Shown here in pieces: positions 9,872 to 18,854 of a stretch of 64,000 nucleotides of DNA; the first letter of the stretch is position 1, and the number at the start of each line of letters is the position of its first letter. A model generated the notes under the pieces. That model was given only the letters and a program-made list of their open reading frames with translations. It had not been told where the DNA came from and ran no database searches. A program made the position numbers and the translations under genes. Location: IMG/VR virus record IMGVR_UViG_3300027996_002186, positions 1 to 64,000 of that record, one strand, 5' to 3'.

Positions 9872-9959
9872 GTCGATGAGGTGGTGTGGGTTACGCGATC
9901 CTTAGACGTAAGGATTGGTCTTAAATGGCTAATTAGGGTTCGATTCCCTGACATCGACC
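9872..9959 (+). tRNA. non-canonical tRNA-like element (anticodon not assignable)
   Basis: Acceptor GTCGATG/CATCGAC, T arm TAGGG-TTCGATT-CCCTG, long variable arm; anticodon-position hairpin has a 4- or 8-nt loop; no encoded CCA. Confidence 0.55.
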
Positions 9960-9984
9960 TCCGGTTTTAATAAAGTTAGACAAG

Positions 9985-10821
9985 TTATGATAGTTGGTAT
10001 TCGGAAAACTTCAATATCTTACTTTCATTGAAGTAATTATCCACTGGGTTTATTTCTTTGCTATATGATACCTCAGTTTCGATTTCTTCATCAGGAAATA
10101 GTTTAGGAAACTTTATATTCTTTATCTTATCTATAACTCTCTTAACCGCTAATATACCAATATCATTAAATGATTTCAACCCTTTGATTATATCAACCAT
10201 GAAATGTTTTATAGCAAAAACACCAACACCAATACCAGTTACTATTAATTTACCGACACCATCAGTAGATATCGCAGTTAAAATTGATGATATTGAAGTA
10301 TCACTTTGTTGACCAATATCATTAAATATCAACGCAAATGGTACAAATAAGGCTGTATAAGCAAACATTTCACCAAAAGATGTTACTATTTTACCCAATT
10401 TAGATGATATAAAGTTAAAAACGTTCTTAATACCTTTCATTGATGTTATAAGTGGTTTTATTAAATGAAATATATTTTCATTCTTTAATTTGGTAATTAA
10501 GTCTTTATATTTCTCTTTAGGTTCACTTAATAAAATACCCATTAAACAAACAGTTAAATAAACAATACTTGATTTGGAAATCTCTTGTGGTAATTCCATT
10601 TCTGTTACAAGCTTCTCTATTATAGGATATAATCCCTTAACAGCTGGAGCGAAAACAAACACAAATGAATATTCATAACCTAATTGATTCATAAGTTTTT
10701 TAACACTACCATCCGGTTCTTCCTTATTATGATGATGAACAGCTGCTTGTCCCGGTGTCTTATTTTCCAATAAAAAATTACATTCTCTTTCTGTGATATA
10801 ATCACTATACTTATTAATCAT
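9985..10821 (-). CDS. N-terminal-motif membrane protein
   Basis: MINKYSDYITE...LLEN; several hydrophobic helices; on - strand (ORF track says +). Confidence 0.75.
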   Translation of the reverse strand: MINKYSDYITERECNFLLENKTPGQAAVHHHNKEEPDGSVKKLMNQLGYEYSFVFVFAPAVKGLYPIIEKLVTEMELPQEISKSSIVYLTVCLMGILLSEPKEKYKDLITKLKNENIFHLIKPLITSMKGIKNVFNFISSKLGKIVTSFGEMFAYTALFVPFALIFNDIGQQSDTSISSILTAISTDGVGKLIVTGIGVGVFAIKHFMVDIIKGLKSFNDIGILAVKRVIDKIKNIKFPKLFPDEEIETEVSYSKEINPVDNYFNESKILKFSEYQLS

Positions 10822-10840
10822 ACACTATATATAAATATAT

Positions 10841-10930
10841 CTAGATACTTTTCGAAATGTTAGCGAATAGATATTTTATATCAAGTGTATTGATAGATTC
10901 GAATAATTTATATCAACTTATATACTTCAT
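10841..10930 (-). pseudogene. relic of an N-terminal-motif gene
   Basis: TTAATATATA-gagca-ATG then MKYIS*YKLFESINTLDIKYLFANISKSI*. Confidence 0.7.
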
Positions 10931-10956
10931 TGCTCTATATATTAATAACGAATTAG

Positions 10957-10964
10957 TATATTTG
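10957..10964 (+). promoter_or_regulatory. Bacteroidota-type -7 box TATATTTG
   Basis: TAnnTTTG consensus ahead of a structured leader and ORF 11100. Confidence 0.6.
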
Positions 10965-10968
10965 TTAT

Positions 10969-11094
10969 ATGAATTGGTACGACTAATTCACCCTATGTGA
11001 AGGTAGGTAAATTTCAAACATGACTTCTCCTCTCTGTTTGTTTCGCCTAGCTGAGCGAGCTCCACTTTTTTGTAGGAAGCGAATCAGTTTTTTT
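10969..11094 (+). ncRNA. candidate structured leader/ncRNA
   Basis: Serial hairpins (TGAATTGG/CTAATTCA; CAAACA/TGTTTG; TTCGC/GCGAA), locally GC-richer, ends in T-run. Confidence 0.35.
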
Positions 11095-11099
11095 ATTAT

Positions 11100-11366
11100 A
11101 TGATAATATTTAATACCATAAAGAAAGCAGAACATTATGTCTCCTACTGTAACAAGAAGGTTGATCGGGAAGAGGGTGGATATGATTGGTCCTCTGTAAG
11201 AACTTTTATAGAGGGTGAATATATTATATGCAATAGCTCCGGTGATGGTTGTGGTTGTGGGTGTGATGATTATATGTATGATTATAATGAAGTAATTGGT
11301 CGTATAAAATCGTATGATAAAAAAAGTATTCGTGGTAATAAACTAAAACAGATCATCGGTTTTTGA
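11100..11366 (+). CDS. hypothetical protein with C-terminal RxxK(L/I)xxI tag
   Basis: GCGCGC cluster; ends IRGNKLKQIIGF. Confidence 0.7.
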   Translation: MIIFNTIKKAEHYVSYCNKKVDREEGGYDWSSVRTFIEGEYIICNSSGDGCGCGCDDYMYDYNEVIGRIKSYDKKSIRGNKLKQIIGF

Positions 11367-11434
11367 ACAGATTTGAACAGAAAAAAATCTACAATATCTC
11401 AATAAATAAATAATTTATATTAATATATATAAAT

Positions 11435-11944
11435 ATGTTATTAAAGTATAAACTTTTTTTAGAAAAAAAATTCGATTCTAGAAAAGATATTGAGGGTTAT
11501 GTAGATGCCAATGAATTGGTTGGACAAAGACTTTGGTTTCATACCAATAGGACTAATCGTAATAACGGTAATAATGGGATGATTGGTGTTTATAGTACAT
11601 CACCTTCTGGTAGAAAAAAGGGTTTAGCTGGTAGGTATACGAATGAAGTTAGACTAACAGATCCTATTTTCTTTCAGACCTCAATAGCAGGATCTGATAC
11701 TATAAAGGCTACAAAAAAGAGAGGTTTAATAGCAGGAGTTTCGGGTGTAGTTGTTGAAACAAATAATGATATAAATAATATGATTCCGATAACTTACAAC
11801 CCCAACGAAAATGGGTATTTTCATGAGGTGGGAGATGTGGATGCAAAAGAAATAATATCGGGTAGTGAGGTATATTTCAACTCAACAGAAGATGGACAAT
11901 GGTTTATCTATGTGAAAAATCCCGTGTATCAATTACTCAAATAG
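11435..11944 (+). CDS. N-terminal-motif phage protein
   Basis: MLLKYKLFLE; TTAATATATA upstream. Confidence 0.8.
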   Translation: MLLKYKLFLEKKFDSRKDIEGYVDANELVGQRLWFHTNRTNRNNGNNGMIGVYSTSPSGRKKGLAGRYTNEVRLTDPIFFQTSIAGSDTIKATKKRGLIAGVSGVVVETNNDINNMIPITYNPNENGYFHEVGDVDAKEIISGSEVYFNSTEDGQWFIYVKNPVYQLLK

Positions 11945-12149
11945 AAAATAAACCGAGTTCCGATTCAAATATTACTCCAAAAATATATAAGCCAAAAAAT
12001 TGGTCGTTGAGTAGCACTGGATTTATAACAATACCAAATTATTGGATTGAAGGAAGACAACCAGATTTACGTTTAGATATCTACGACATATACTTTCTTA
12101 AAGTGGTAATATTAATTTATGATATGTTTATTTTTAATATATAACTATA

Positions 12150-12704
12150 ATGAAACACCTTATAAGATATAATGAGTCTGATGAGTCTGATGATAATAAA
12201 TTAGATATTAAGTATATAGAATCTTGCTTTGCTGAATTAATAGATAATTATATTGATTATAATAATGGTTATTTAGGAAGAAATAGTTGGACGAAAAATC
12301 CTATTACTAGTAGTTTAGAATATGGTGCTGAGGATTATTACAGTAATGAAAGTTGGTCTATTAGGTTATTACTTGAAGGAACACCAACAAATATGTCTGA
12401 TGATCTATCCGATGGTAGTATAAAAACATCAGGGGTTCATAGATCATCATATAGAATTGGATATAAGTTAGGTAAGTTAGTCAAGGACGCAAATGAAAAA
12501 CTTGAGATATTAAAGGAAATTGAAGTGGGTGTTAAACGAATTAAGGAAAAATACCCATCATATAATATAGATTTCAATAAACAATTTACACATAGTAAGG
12601 ATACACAAACCACGATACAAGAATTTATAGTTGTTGGTATTAGTCAACCACATTCAGATCGTTTACGACAGGTTAAATATAACTGGAAAGACGCGAATAT
12701 TTAA
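12150..12704 (+). CDS. N-terminal-motif protein, paralog family
   Basis: MKHLIRYNES; YIESCFAELIDN. Confidence 0.8.
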   Translation: MKHLIRYNESDESDDNKLDIKYIESCFAELIDNYIDYNNGYLGRNSWTKNPITSSLEYGAEDYYSNESWSIRLLLEGTPTNMSDDLSDGSIKTSGVHRSSYRIGYKLGKLVKDANEKLEILKEIEVGVKRIKEKYPSYNIDFNKQFTHSKDTQTTIQEFIVVGISQPHSDRLRQVKYNWKDANI

Positions 12705-13054
12705 AAGATAATTGTATTAATTTTATATCCTCTTTCAAACATTTTATAAGCTCTCAGAAAATCTTCTTGTTTCGTAAATAAGCTTATTAAATAGTTTTCA
12801 AATTCTACACCAGTGTAACCATCCATGAGCGAGTTTCTAATTCCTCCTACCTTTATAACAATACCTTCATAATCAAAGACAGAATGATCAGTGTCTATAT
12901 CAATACTAAAATTACTCAAAAGGAATCCTATGTGTTTCGCTTTTTCTAAGTATTCTAATCCGATTTTATCATCATAATCACCACACATTATATCATTGAG
13001 GTTTTCACTTAAACCTCCAAAAGTTTTAAATGGTGTTTTATCCAAATGTTTCAT
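12701..13054 (-). CDS. hypothetical protein with C-terminal tag
   Basis: Ends ERGYKINTIIF; TATATTTG box at 13147-13154(-). Confidence 0.7.
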   Translation of the reverse strand: MKHLDKTPFKTFGGLSENLNDIMCGDYDDKIGLEYLEKAKHIGFLLSNFSIDIDTDHSVFDYEGIVIKVGGIRNSLMDGYTGVEFENYLISLFTKQEDFLRAYKMFERGYKINTIIF

Positions 13055-13178
13055 TTAATAAATTTACTGTGTATAATATAATCGACATACACATCAACCA
13101 TATTAAAAACTTGTTAATATTTTCTTTATACTTTTTATACATATCACAAATATAAGGATTATTATTAATATATAACAT

Positions 13179-13610
13179 ATGAAACATCTCAAAAGAATAA
13201 ATGAGTTATATCTAACATCAGATGTGTCTAGTGTTATAGATGATATATTATTGGAGATTAATGATATACCTAAGTTTGTTGGTCTTAATTGGAATCATAC
13301 GGATCGTTTGGGTCGGGCATCTGAACATAGTTTTTTGGTTATTATTAAGTTGAGTGAGGGTATAGAAGATGGTATGGATTATGGTGTTGGTTTAGATGAG
13401 GAAATAACAGAAACTATTAAAAGGTTATTAGAATTTATGACAAGCAATCGATATGAATACTTGATGGAATTTGGAACAGATAACATACCACCTGGTACTT
13501 CAAAAAAAGAATTAAGTGATTATATTAGGAAGTTTGAATATAGTGAATTATCTGATAATGATTTAACTATGTGGGTGGATGAATTTATAAGAATAACTTT
13601 TACAAAATGA
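13179..13610 (+). CDS. N-terminal-motif protein, paralog family
   Basis: MKHLKRINE; VIDDILLEIND...TIKRLLEFM. Confidence 0.8.
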   Translation: MKHLKRINELYLTSDVSSVIDDILLEINDIPKFVGLNWNHTDRLGRASEHSFLVIIKLSEGIEDGMDYGVGLDEEITETIKRLLEFMTSNRYEYLMEFGTDNIPPGTSKKELSDYIRKFEYSELSDNDLTMWVDEFIRITFTK

Positions 13611-14026
13611 GATACATGAAAACATATGAATCATTTGGGAATCCCTTTGGTAACAGTCCGAGGGATAGACGAATCAAGTTGTACAGTTTCCCCAGGGCAA
13701 CACTTTTACTTGAAATCGAGGATATTCTAAGAGAGTTAGAGGATAATAATATACGTGTTGAGGTATATTTTTGGGATGGTGTTGAGGTTTTCTTAACCAG
13801 TAGAAACGAACATGAAGTTAGAAGAGGCTTACTAGCTCCTGATACATTCCCATATGAGGTTATAAAACCTAATATAGAGCATCTAGTTTCTTTCTTAGAA
13901 GAAATTGGATATAAAATTAAAAGTATTCATAATATTGTTAATCTTGAATCAAGAGGATCAATAACTCAATATCCTGATTTGGATGGTGAAGAAATAGGTA
14001 GATTGGAATTTAGATTTATCAAATAA
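13607..14026 (+). CDS. N-terminal-motif protein, paralog family
   Basis: MRYMKTYES; EIEDILRELEDNN...IEHLVSFLEEIGY. Confidence 0.8.
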   Translation: MRYMKTYESFGNPFGNSPRDRRIKLYSFPRATLLLEIEDILRELEDNNIRVEVYFWDGVEVFLTSRNEHEVRRGLLAPDTFPYEVIKPNIEHLVSFLEEIGYKIKSIHNIVNLESRGSITQYPDLDGEEIGRLEFRFIK

Positions 14027-14207
14027 TTAATTACTTTATAAACAATACAACATTTAATTTTTAGTTCCATTTTTCTAATTCATATTCCTTTAAGGTTATC
14101 CAAATACCAAGTATTCTATGTTGTAAAGCTCTAGTAGTAACTAAACAAGTTGCCTTGCGGTTTCGGATAGTAAAAATATTTTTAGTTTTTATTCTATACA
14201 TAGTTAA

Positions 14208-14567
14208 TTATTTTAAAATACTATTGATTTTTTCATCACGAATCTCTAATAGTAGTTGATCTTTATCAAACTCAGGGTAAGCAAATTCACCGACACATAC
14301 TTGTGTGTGTCCATCTTTGACATAGAGTTCCCAAGCATCTCCAATACCTTGTCCAATACCAGATATCTTAAAAATATTATCTGGTTTGGTTTTAGAAAAT
14401 TTAATTATATCTTCTTCGTATGAATACCACTCACACCATGAATCTGCGTCTGAATCACCATATCTATCAAAGGCGTATTTAGCACTATCAGAAAAATTTC
14501 TAAATTTATTAATTAACTTATTACTACCCTCCACAATAGTAAATTGATACTTTGTTAAATATGACAT
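14208..14567 (-). CDS. phage hypothetical protein with C-terminal tag
   Basis: Start MSYLTKY; ends IRDEKINSILK. Confidence 0.75.
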   Translation of the reverse strand: MSYLTKYQFTIVEGSNKLINKFRNFSDSAKYAFDRYGDSDADSWCEWYSYEEDIIKFSKTKPDNIFKISGIGQGIGDAWELYVKDGHTQVCVGEFAYPEFDKDQLLLEIRDEKINSILK

Positions 14568-14624
14568 TAAACCAAATCTTTTATATCTTTGAATAAAAAT
14601 AATAATCACCCCTCGATAATATCA

Positions 14625-14828
14625 TTAAACTTTATATTTTTCAAGGTAAGTATCAAATGTTTTATCACATAAATCATTTCTAAAACCTTTAATAATAGTC
14701 TTATAGAAATATCCCGTATGTCTTTTAGCATACAAGTCAATAACATTACTAGCGTTACCGCAATCATTCATAGTTTCACAACCAGAAATAATTTCAGTTA
14801 CTTTATCAATTTCAAAATCTGTGTTCAT
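14625..14828 (-). CDS. hypothetical protein
   Basis: ORF downstream of TACATTTG box at 14864-14871(-). Confidence 0.65.
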   Translation of the reverse strand: MNTDFEIDKVTEIISGCETMNDCGNASNVIDLYAKRHTGYFYKTIIKGFRNDLCDKTFDTYLEKYKV

Positions 14829-14909
14829 AGTTTATATTTTTTAATTATTACTTTATTTATATACAAATGTAAGGATATTATCATACTAATACAAATTAAT
14901 ATATACTTT

Positions 14910-15050
14910 ATGGAAGGAATGAGGAAAATTATTATGTTTAGTCTTGTAATGATAGTGTTAAGTTCTTGTGGAGTACTCAAGGGTGGTAAAGGTAAATGTG
15001 AGTGTGAGGACTGGGGTCGAAGAGAGTCTGAAAAGACTGATAGTGTATGA
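14910..15050 (+). CDS. small lipoprotein
   Basis: MRKIIMFSLVMIVLSS-C lipobox; TTAATATATA at 14896-14905. Confidence 0.6.
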   Translation: MEGMRKIIMFSLVMIVLSSCGVLKGGKGKCECEDWGRRESEKTDSV

Positions 15051-15436
15051 AATACCTAAAAAAATTCAATGATATAAGATTCGAAATAGAAGAATCTGAT
15101 TCAACTAAAATACGTATGTATGATGTTGATGAAAAAGTTGGTTATTCATCAGTAACTATAAAGGATAATATTTTTGATAAATGGAATTTACATGATGATT
15201 TAGAAGTTGATCCGATAAAAAATACTAAAAGCTTATACATTCTAGGAATATCAATGAGGAATAGGAGAACAGGTTATGGTTCTAATTTAATAAACTATAT
15301 TGAGGAATATGCTAATAAGAAAGGATGTGAATACATCACACTAAGTTCTATTACCGATGCTTTGGGGTTCTGGAAAAAAATGGGATATGAAGTTTATAGT
15401 ATGGGTGATTACTATTCAATGTATAAGAAGTTATAA
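15047..15436 (+). CDS. GNAT N-acetyltransferase with N-terminal motif
   Basis: RRTGYGSNLI acetyl-CoA motif A and ALGFWKKMGY motif B; starts MKYLKKFND. Confidence 0.85.
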   Translation: MKYLKKFNDIRFEIEESDSTKIRMYDVDEKVGYSSVTIKDNIFDKWNLHDDLEVDPIKNTKSLYILGISMRNRRTGYGSNLINYIEEYANKKGCEYITLSSITDALGFWKKMGYEVYSMGDYYSMYKKL

Positions 15437-15465
15437 ACCTTATTGATATTGCTTATATAATGTTT

Positions 15466-15783
15466 ATGGATTTAGTAGAAATAAGATATGTTGGTGATAA
15501 GAGTTGGTCAGTTGTAACTCGATTCTTAGCAACAGGGATGTCTGGGATTGAAATGAGAGAGATTGATAAAAATGGACCTAAATTAACTCTAATCAACAAT
15601 CTAAATAAAGAATTTATCAAAGAGCGTACTTGTAATTGGGAGAAGGAGGATTATGAATACACAACACCATGTGGTGTTAATTTCGATTGTGATAAAGTTA
15701 CTAAAATTAACGATAATAACCTTGGTTATGTCCTCCACTACTGTCCAAATTGTGGTGGTAAGTTAGATTTAAATCTAATTTAA
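15466..15783 (+). CDS. zinc-ribbon protein
   Basis: TPCG...YCPNCGGKL. Confidence 0.7.
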   Translation: MDLVEIRYVGDKSWSVVTRFLATGMSGIEMREIDKNGPKLTLINNLNKEFIKERTCNWEKEDYEYTTPCGVNFDCDKVTKINDNNLGYVLHYCPNCGGKLDLNLI

Positions 15784-15792
15784 ATCTATTGG

Positions 15793-16260
15793 TTAACTTT
15801 TACCTATTCTCCATGCGTTTTTAACAACTCTTTTAATTTTAGTAGAATCTTCATAGTTACCAATTACGACACCATCTTTGATAGTGAATGCGTGTGATGT
15901 AACTTGTAGTATGTAAGTACCTTTATCATATTCTTTTATGAAAGTACCAACAGTCATTTTACTCTTACCATTGTTAGTTTTTAAGTGGTTTTTATTAATG
16001 GTATTTACCGTTTTTCGATTTAATCTAAGGTTATCATTATTCATACCATTCATACCTGGTGCGAATCCATATGTTCCTTTTTTATTTTTACGGCTGAATT
16101 TATTACAGACCCATTTATGTGATTTATCGTATGTCATACCAGATGCGGATGCAATGGCTCTAACAACACAGTCATTATTTTCTTTTTTAGCAATAACCGA
16201 ATCTCTGTATCCGTTAATCGCGGCTGATGAAGATGTATAAGGAATTTTTTTTGTTTTCAT
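15793..16260 (-). CDS. phage protein with DCxxRA...H motif (possible papain-like fold)
   Basis: NDCVVRAIA...GTYILQVTSHAFTIKDG. Confidence 0.6.
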   Translation of the reverse strand: MKTKKIPYTSSSAAINGYRDSVIAKKENNDCVVRAIASASGMTYDKSHKWVCNKFSRKNKKGTYGFAPGMNGMNNDNLRLNRKTVNTINKNHLKTNNGKSKMTVGTFIKEYDKGTYILQVTSHAFTIKDGVVIGNYEDSTKIKRVVKNAWRIGKS

Positions 16261-16313
16261 AGTAGTGATTTTTATTTCTACTAAGATACGGAATTTATAT
16301 CAATTAAAAAAAT

Positions 16314-16826
16314 TTATTTATTAAGTATTTTATTAAGTTTAGTATCTCTTAGTGTTGATTTACCTATAATATTGTGTATTTTCTTCATTGATTTATCACA
16401 ATTATCTTTTGAATTTTTATTAAATTCATTTTTATAATCAGCATACTTTTGGTAAAAGAATTTATAATCTTTTTCCTTTATATCTCCTTTGTGTGAGAAG
16501 AAGGTACCAGCTGATAAATAGATTGCGGATATTGTAAATATCCCACCTTCAATTTTATACTTTACTTTTAAGTCTACCTTATTTTTAGAAAATTTTATTT
16601 CTTCATAGTTCACTCCCAAATCCCAATTATCAATTTGTACTGAATGGAATATGTCCTCGAATGTGTCTTCAATATATTTGTCCTCGTTGAAGCTTTTTAT
16701 TTCAACAAATTCATCCTTTATGTTTTTTGGAATTACTTTTGATTTTTTTCCTTTATTCATCTTAATACCCAAATAGGAATATGTACATAATATGGCAATA
16801 ATTCCTATAAGTAATAATATATTCAT
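16314..16826 (-). CDS. membrane-anchored protein with C-terminal tag
   Basis: N-terminal TM; ends LRDTKLNKILNK. Confidence 0.75.
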   Translation of the reverse strand: MNILLLIGIIAILCTYSYLGIKMNKGKKSKVIPKNIKDEFVEIKSFNEDKYIEDTFEDIFHSVQIDNWDLGVNYEEIKFSKNKVDLKVKYKIEGGIFTISAIYLSAGTFFSHKGDIKEKDYKFFYQKYADYKNEFNKNSKDNCDKSMKKIHNIIGKSTLRDTKLNKILNK

Positions 16827-16843
16827 TTTGTAATTTTTTTTAA

Positions 16844-17033
16844 TATTGTTTTCATTAAAGTAGTCTAATGAAAGATTAACTTACTGATATCAATGAACCT
16901 CACTGTGTTGAATTTAACAGACTCTTTAAGAGGTTTGATAGTCTTAGTAGTATTCTCTATAATAGTTAGCTCAGTCCTCTAAAAAGACACCCAGTTGTGA
17001 TTCTTAGTCTATCAACCGGGTTATTGTTTTCAT
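16844..17033 (-). ncRNA. candidate structured element between 12-bp direct repeats
   Basis: ATGAAAACAATA repeated at both ends; internal hairpins; no ORF. Confidence 0.35.
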
Positions 17034-17035
17034 TT

Positions 17036-17509
17036 TTATTTTTCAAAATAATCAGTTAATTCATCCTTCAATATCTCTCTATATTTTAGAGTTCCTATTC
17101 CGTTATCTAGATAAATCCATATTATTGGTTTCATTTTACTAATGAATTCTCTCATTTCATCAGTAGCAACTTCTGACCACCTTTCATCTAAGACAGATAA
17201 ATTATCAACCTTGATGTAATATCTACTACCAACTTTACAACTACCAGATGGGATTTCTTTTATACAAGTATATAACTCAACCAAATCATTATCGATATCG
17301 ATATTACATTTAATATCTTCTTCTTTAGATAATTCAGATTTTAAATCTATAAGATCTGTCTTATGTTTGAGCAAATACTCTTTAATAATTGGATCATTAT
17401 CATCAAAAATATTTAATGCGTTAGTTAATACTACATGTTTGTTTTCTAAATTAGCAGCATTCTCAAAGTCTGATTCGAATTGTTCTATTGTGTAAGAAGT
17501 TTCTATCAT
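17036..17509 (-). CDS. hypothetical protein
   Basis: 157-aa ORF. Confidence 0.75.
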   Translation of the reverse strand: MIETSYTIEQFESDFENAANLENKHVVLTNALNIFDDNDPIIKEYLLKHKTDLIDLKSELSKEEDIKCNIDIDNDLVELYTCIKEIPSGSCKVGSRYYIKVDNLSVLDERWSEVATDEMREFISKMKPIIWIYLDNGIGTLKYREILKDELTDYFEK

Positions 17510-17545
17510 GTGTATAATTTTAGAGGGGATATTAACCCCCTATTT

Positions 17546-17734
17546 TTACGAAAGAATACCTTTTCCAAGAATAAGTGGAGAAGCATCTTTGTTTGTTGTT
17601 ATGGTAAAAAGATTTTCATATTCCTTTATGATAAGAGCTTTATCACCGAACATTTTTTTATAGTTCTCTCTAGCATAAGCTTCAACTTCATCTCTTACTG
17701 AATCTTCCATTATAATTTCTTCTTTTCTTTTCAT
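17546..17734 (-). CDS. hypothetical protein
   Basis: 62-aa ORF in - strand gene run. Confidence 0.65.
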   Translation of the reverse strand: MKRKEEIIMEDSVRDEVEAYARENYKKMFGDKALIIKEYENLFTITTNKDASPLILGKGILS

Positions 17735-17783
17735 TTCTTTTCTTTTTATAGGTTTATAATTGAATACAAAAATACAAATCTAT

Positions 17784-18041
17784 TTAATATATTCCTAATT
17801 TATTTAACTTTTTTATTCTATTATTAATTTTTTTTATTCTATACTGAGTATTTTTATAATTATTCATTATACAACTCTTCATAACAAGAGCCATATAGTC
17901 AAACTCTTTAGTGTTCTTGTTTGGTTTATAATGATGATAATGGTGTAACTTGGTTTTGTTAATAATGTCTTTTTTATTAATAAACCCAGTTATACCTGAA
18001 TTTTTGACCAACCTTTCATATAAATCATCAAAATCTAACAT
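17784..18041 (-). CDS. hypothetical protein, C-terminal tag variant
   Basis: Ends NRIKKLNKLGIY. Confidence 0.6.
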   Translation of the reverse strand: MLDFDDLYERLVKNSGITGFINKKDIINKTKLHHYHHYKPNKNTKEFDYMALVMKSCIMNNYKNTQYRIKKINNRIKKLNKLGIY

Positions 18042-18050
18042 TTTATAAAA

Positions 18051-18248
18051 CTACTTTCCATTTATATTTGATGCTATTGACAAAACCTCATAACTACAAC
18101 CATTATCAGAATTTTCATTCATAACTTCAGCAAGTTTATTTGCTACGTTTACTTGTGGTATTTCTAATACCTCACTATAACCATTTGTTAAAAATACATG
18201 GCTCTTCTTACCACTTTTGATAAGGGTTTTTTTAATTACATAAATCAT
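18051..18248 (-). CDS. hypothetical protein
   Basis: 65-aa ORF. Confidence 0.65.
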   Translation of the reverse strand: MIYVIKKTLIKSGKKSHVFLTNGYSEVLEIPQVNVANKLAEVMNENSDNGCSYEVLSIASNINGK

Positions 18249-18311
18249 ATTTCTCTATTTTTTAATTTTCAATTATACAAAAAGTCTATTTTATAAATAT
18301 AAGTAAATTAT

Positions 18312-18569
18312 TTACAATACCTTTCTAATTCTTACTTTTTTATATTTAAATTTTTCAATAACTATTGTATCTGTACAAGACCAATTAGACTCTTCTATAT
18401 AAATACAAAATTTATCACAATTATAATCTTCATAGTGTGAGTGATGTGATGGTATTGTTATAGTATCCTCTATTACTAAAATTTCCACACCATCATGAAC
18501 ATAATGTTCTGTGGTTTTACAAGATGTGAATATTATTGTAAGTGTTAGTAAGTATATTAATATCTTCAT
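18312..18569 (-). CDS. lipoprotein
   Basis: MKILIYLLTLTIIFTS-C lipobox. Confidence 0.7.
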   Translation of the reverse strand: MKILIYLLTLTIIFTSCKTTEHYVHDGVEILVIEDTITIPSHHSHYEDYNCDKFCIYIEESNWSCTDTIVIEKFKYKKVRIRKVL

Positions 18570-18597
18570 TTTATTATTTTTATCTATTACTATTTGA

Positions 18598-18831
18598 TTA
18601 ATACCATATTTGAAAATATCTGAAAATATTCCCGGGCTCTTCTTTATCCATTGATAAGTAAATTGGTAGATTTTGGTCATGGTCATTATCCATTATTTGA
18701 ATATCACTATCTGATATATGAAGTATTTCATATTCCTTACCAGGTGTTAAAAGAACAGTCATTGGGTAAATACAAGTTAGTTTTTCACCAACTGATATTT
18801 TTCTACTATTAATTGATATTTTCTTTGACAT
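18598..18831 (-). CDS. hypothetical protein
   Basis: TATCTTTG box (18836-18843) 4 nt upstream of ATG. Confidence 0.7.
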   Translation of the reverse strand: MSKKISINSRKISVGEKLTCIYPMTVLLTPGKEYEILHISDSDIQIMDNDHDQNLPIYLSMDKEEPGNIFRYFQIWY

Positions 18832-18854
18832 ATAACAAAGATAAGGAAAATATA

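Noticed and set aside
11005-11035. RNase P RNA (GAGGAGAAGTC on - strand)
   Set aside because: Imperfect match to GAGGAAAGTCC, region too short and no 3' P4 partner seen.
11049-11086. Hammerhead-like CTGAGCGA...stem...GAAT
   Set aside because: Core deviates from CUGAnGA/GAAA and flanking stems I/III are not evident.
12701-13054. Member of the N-terminal-motif set (MKHLDKTPFKTF)
   Set aside because: No late motif at the start, no Glu site, and it carries the C-terminal tag; left ambiguous.
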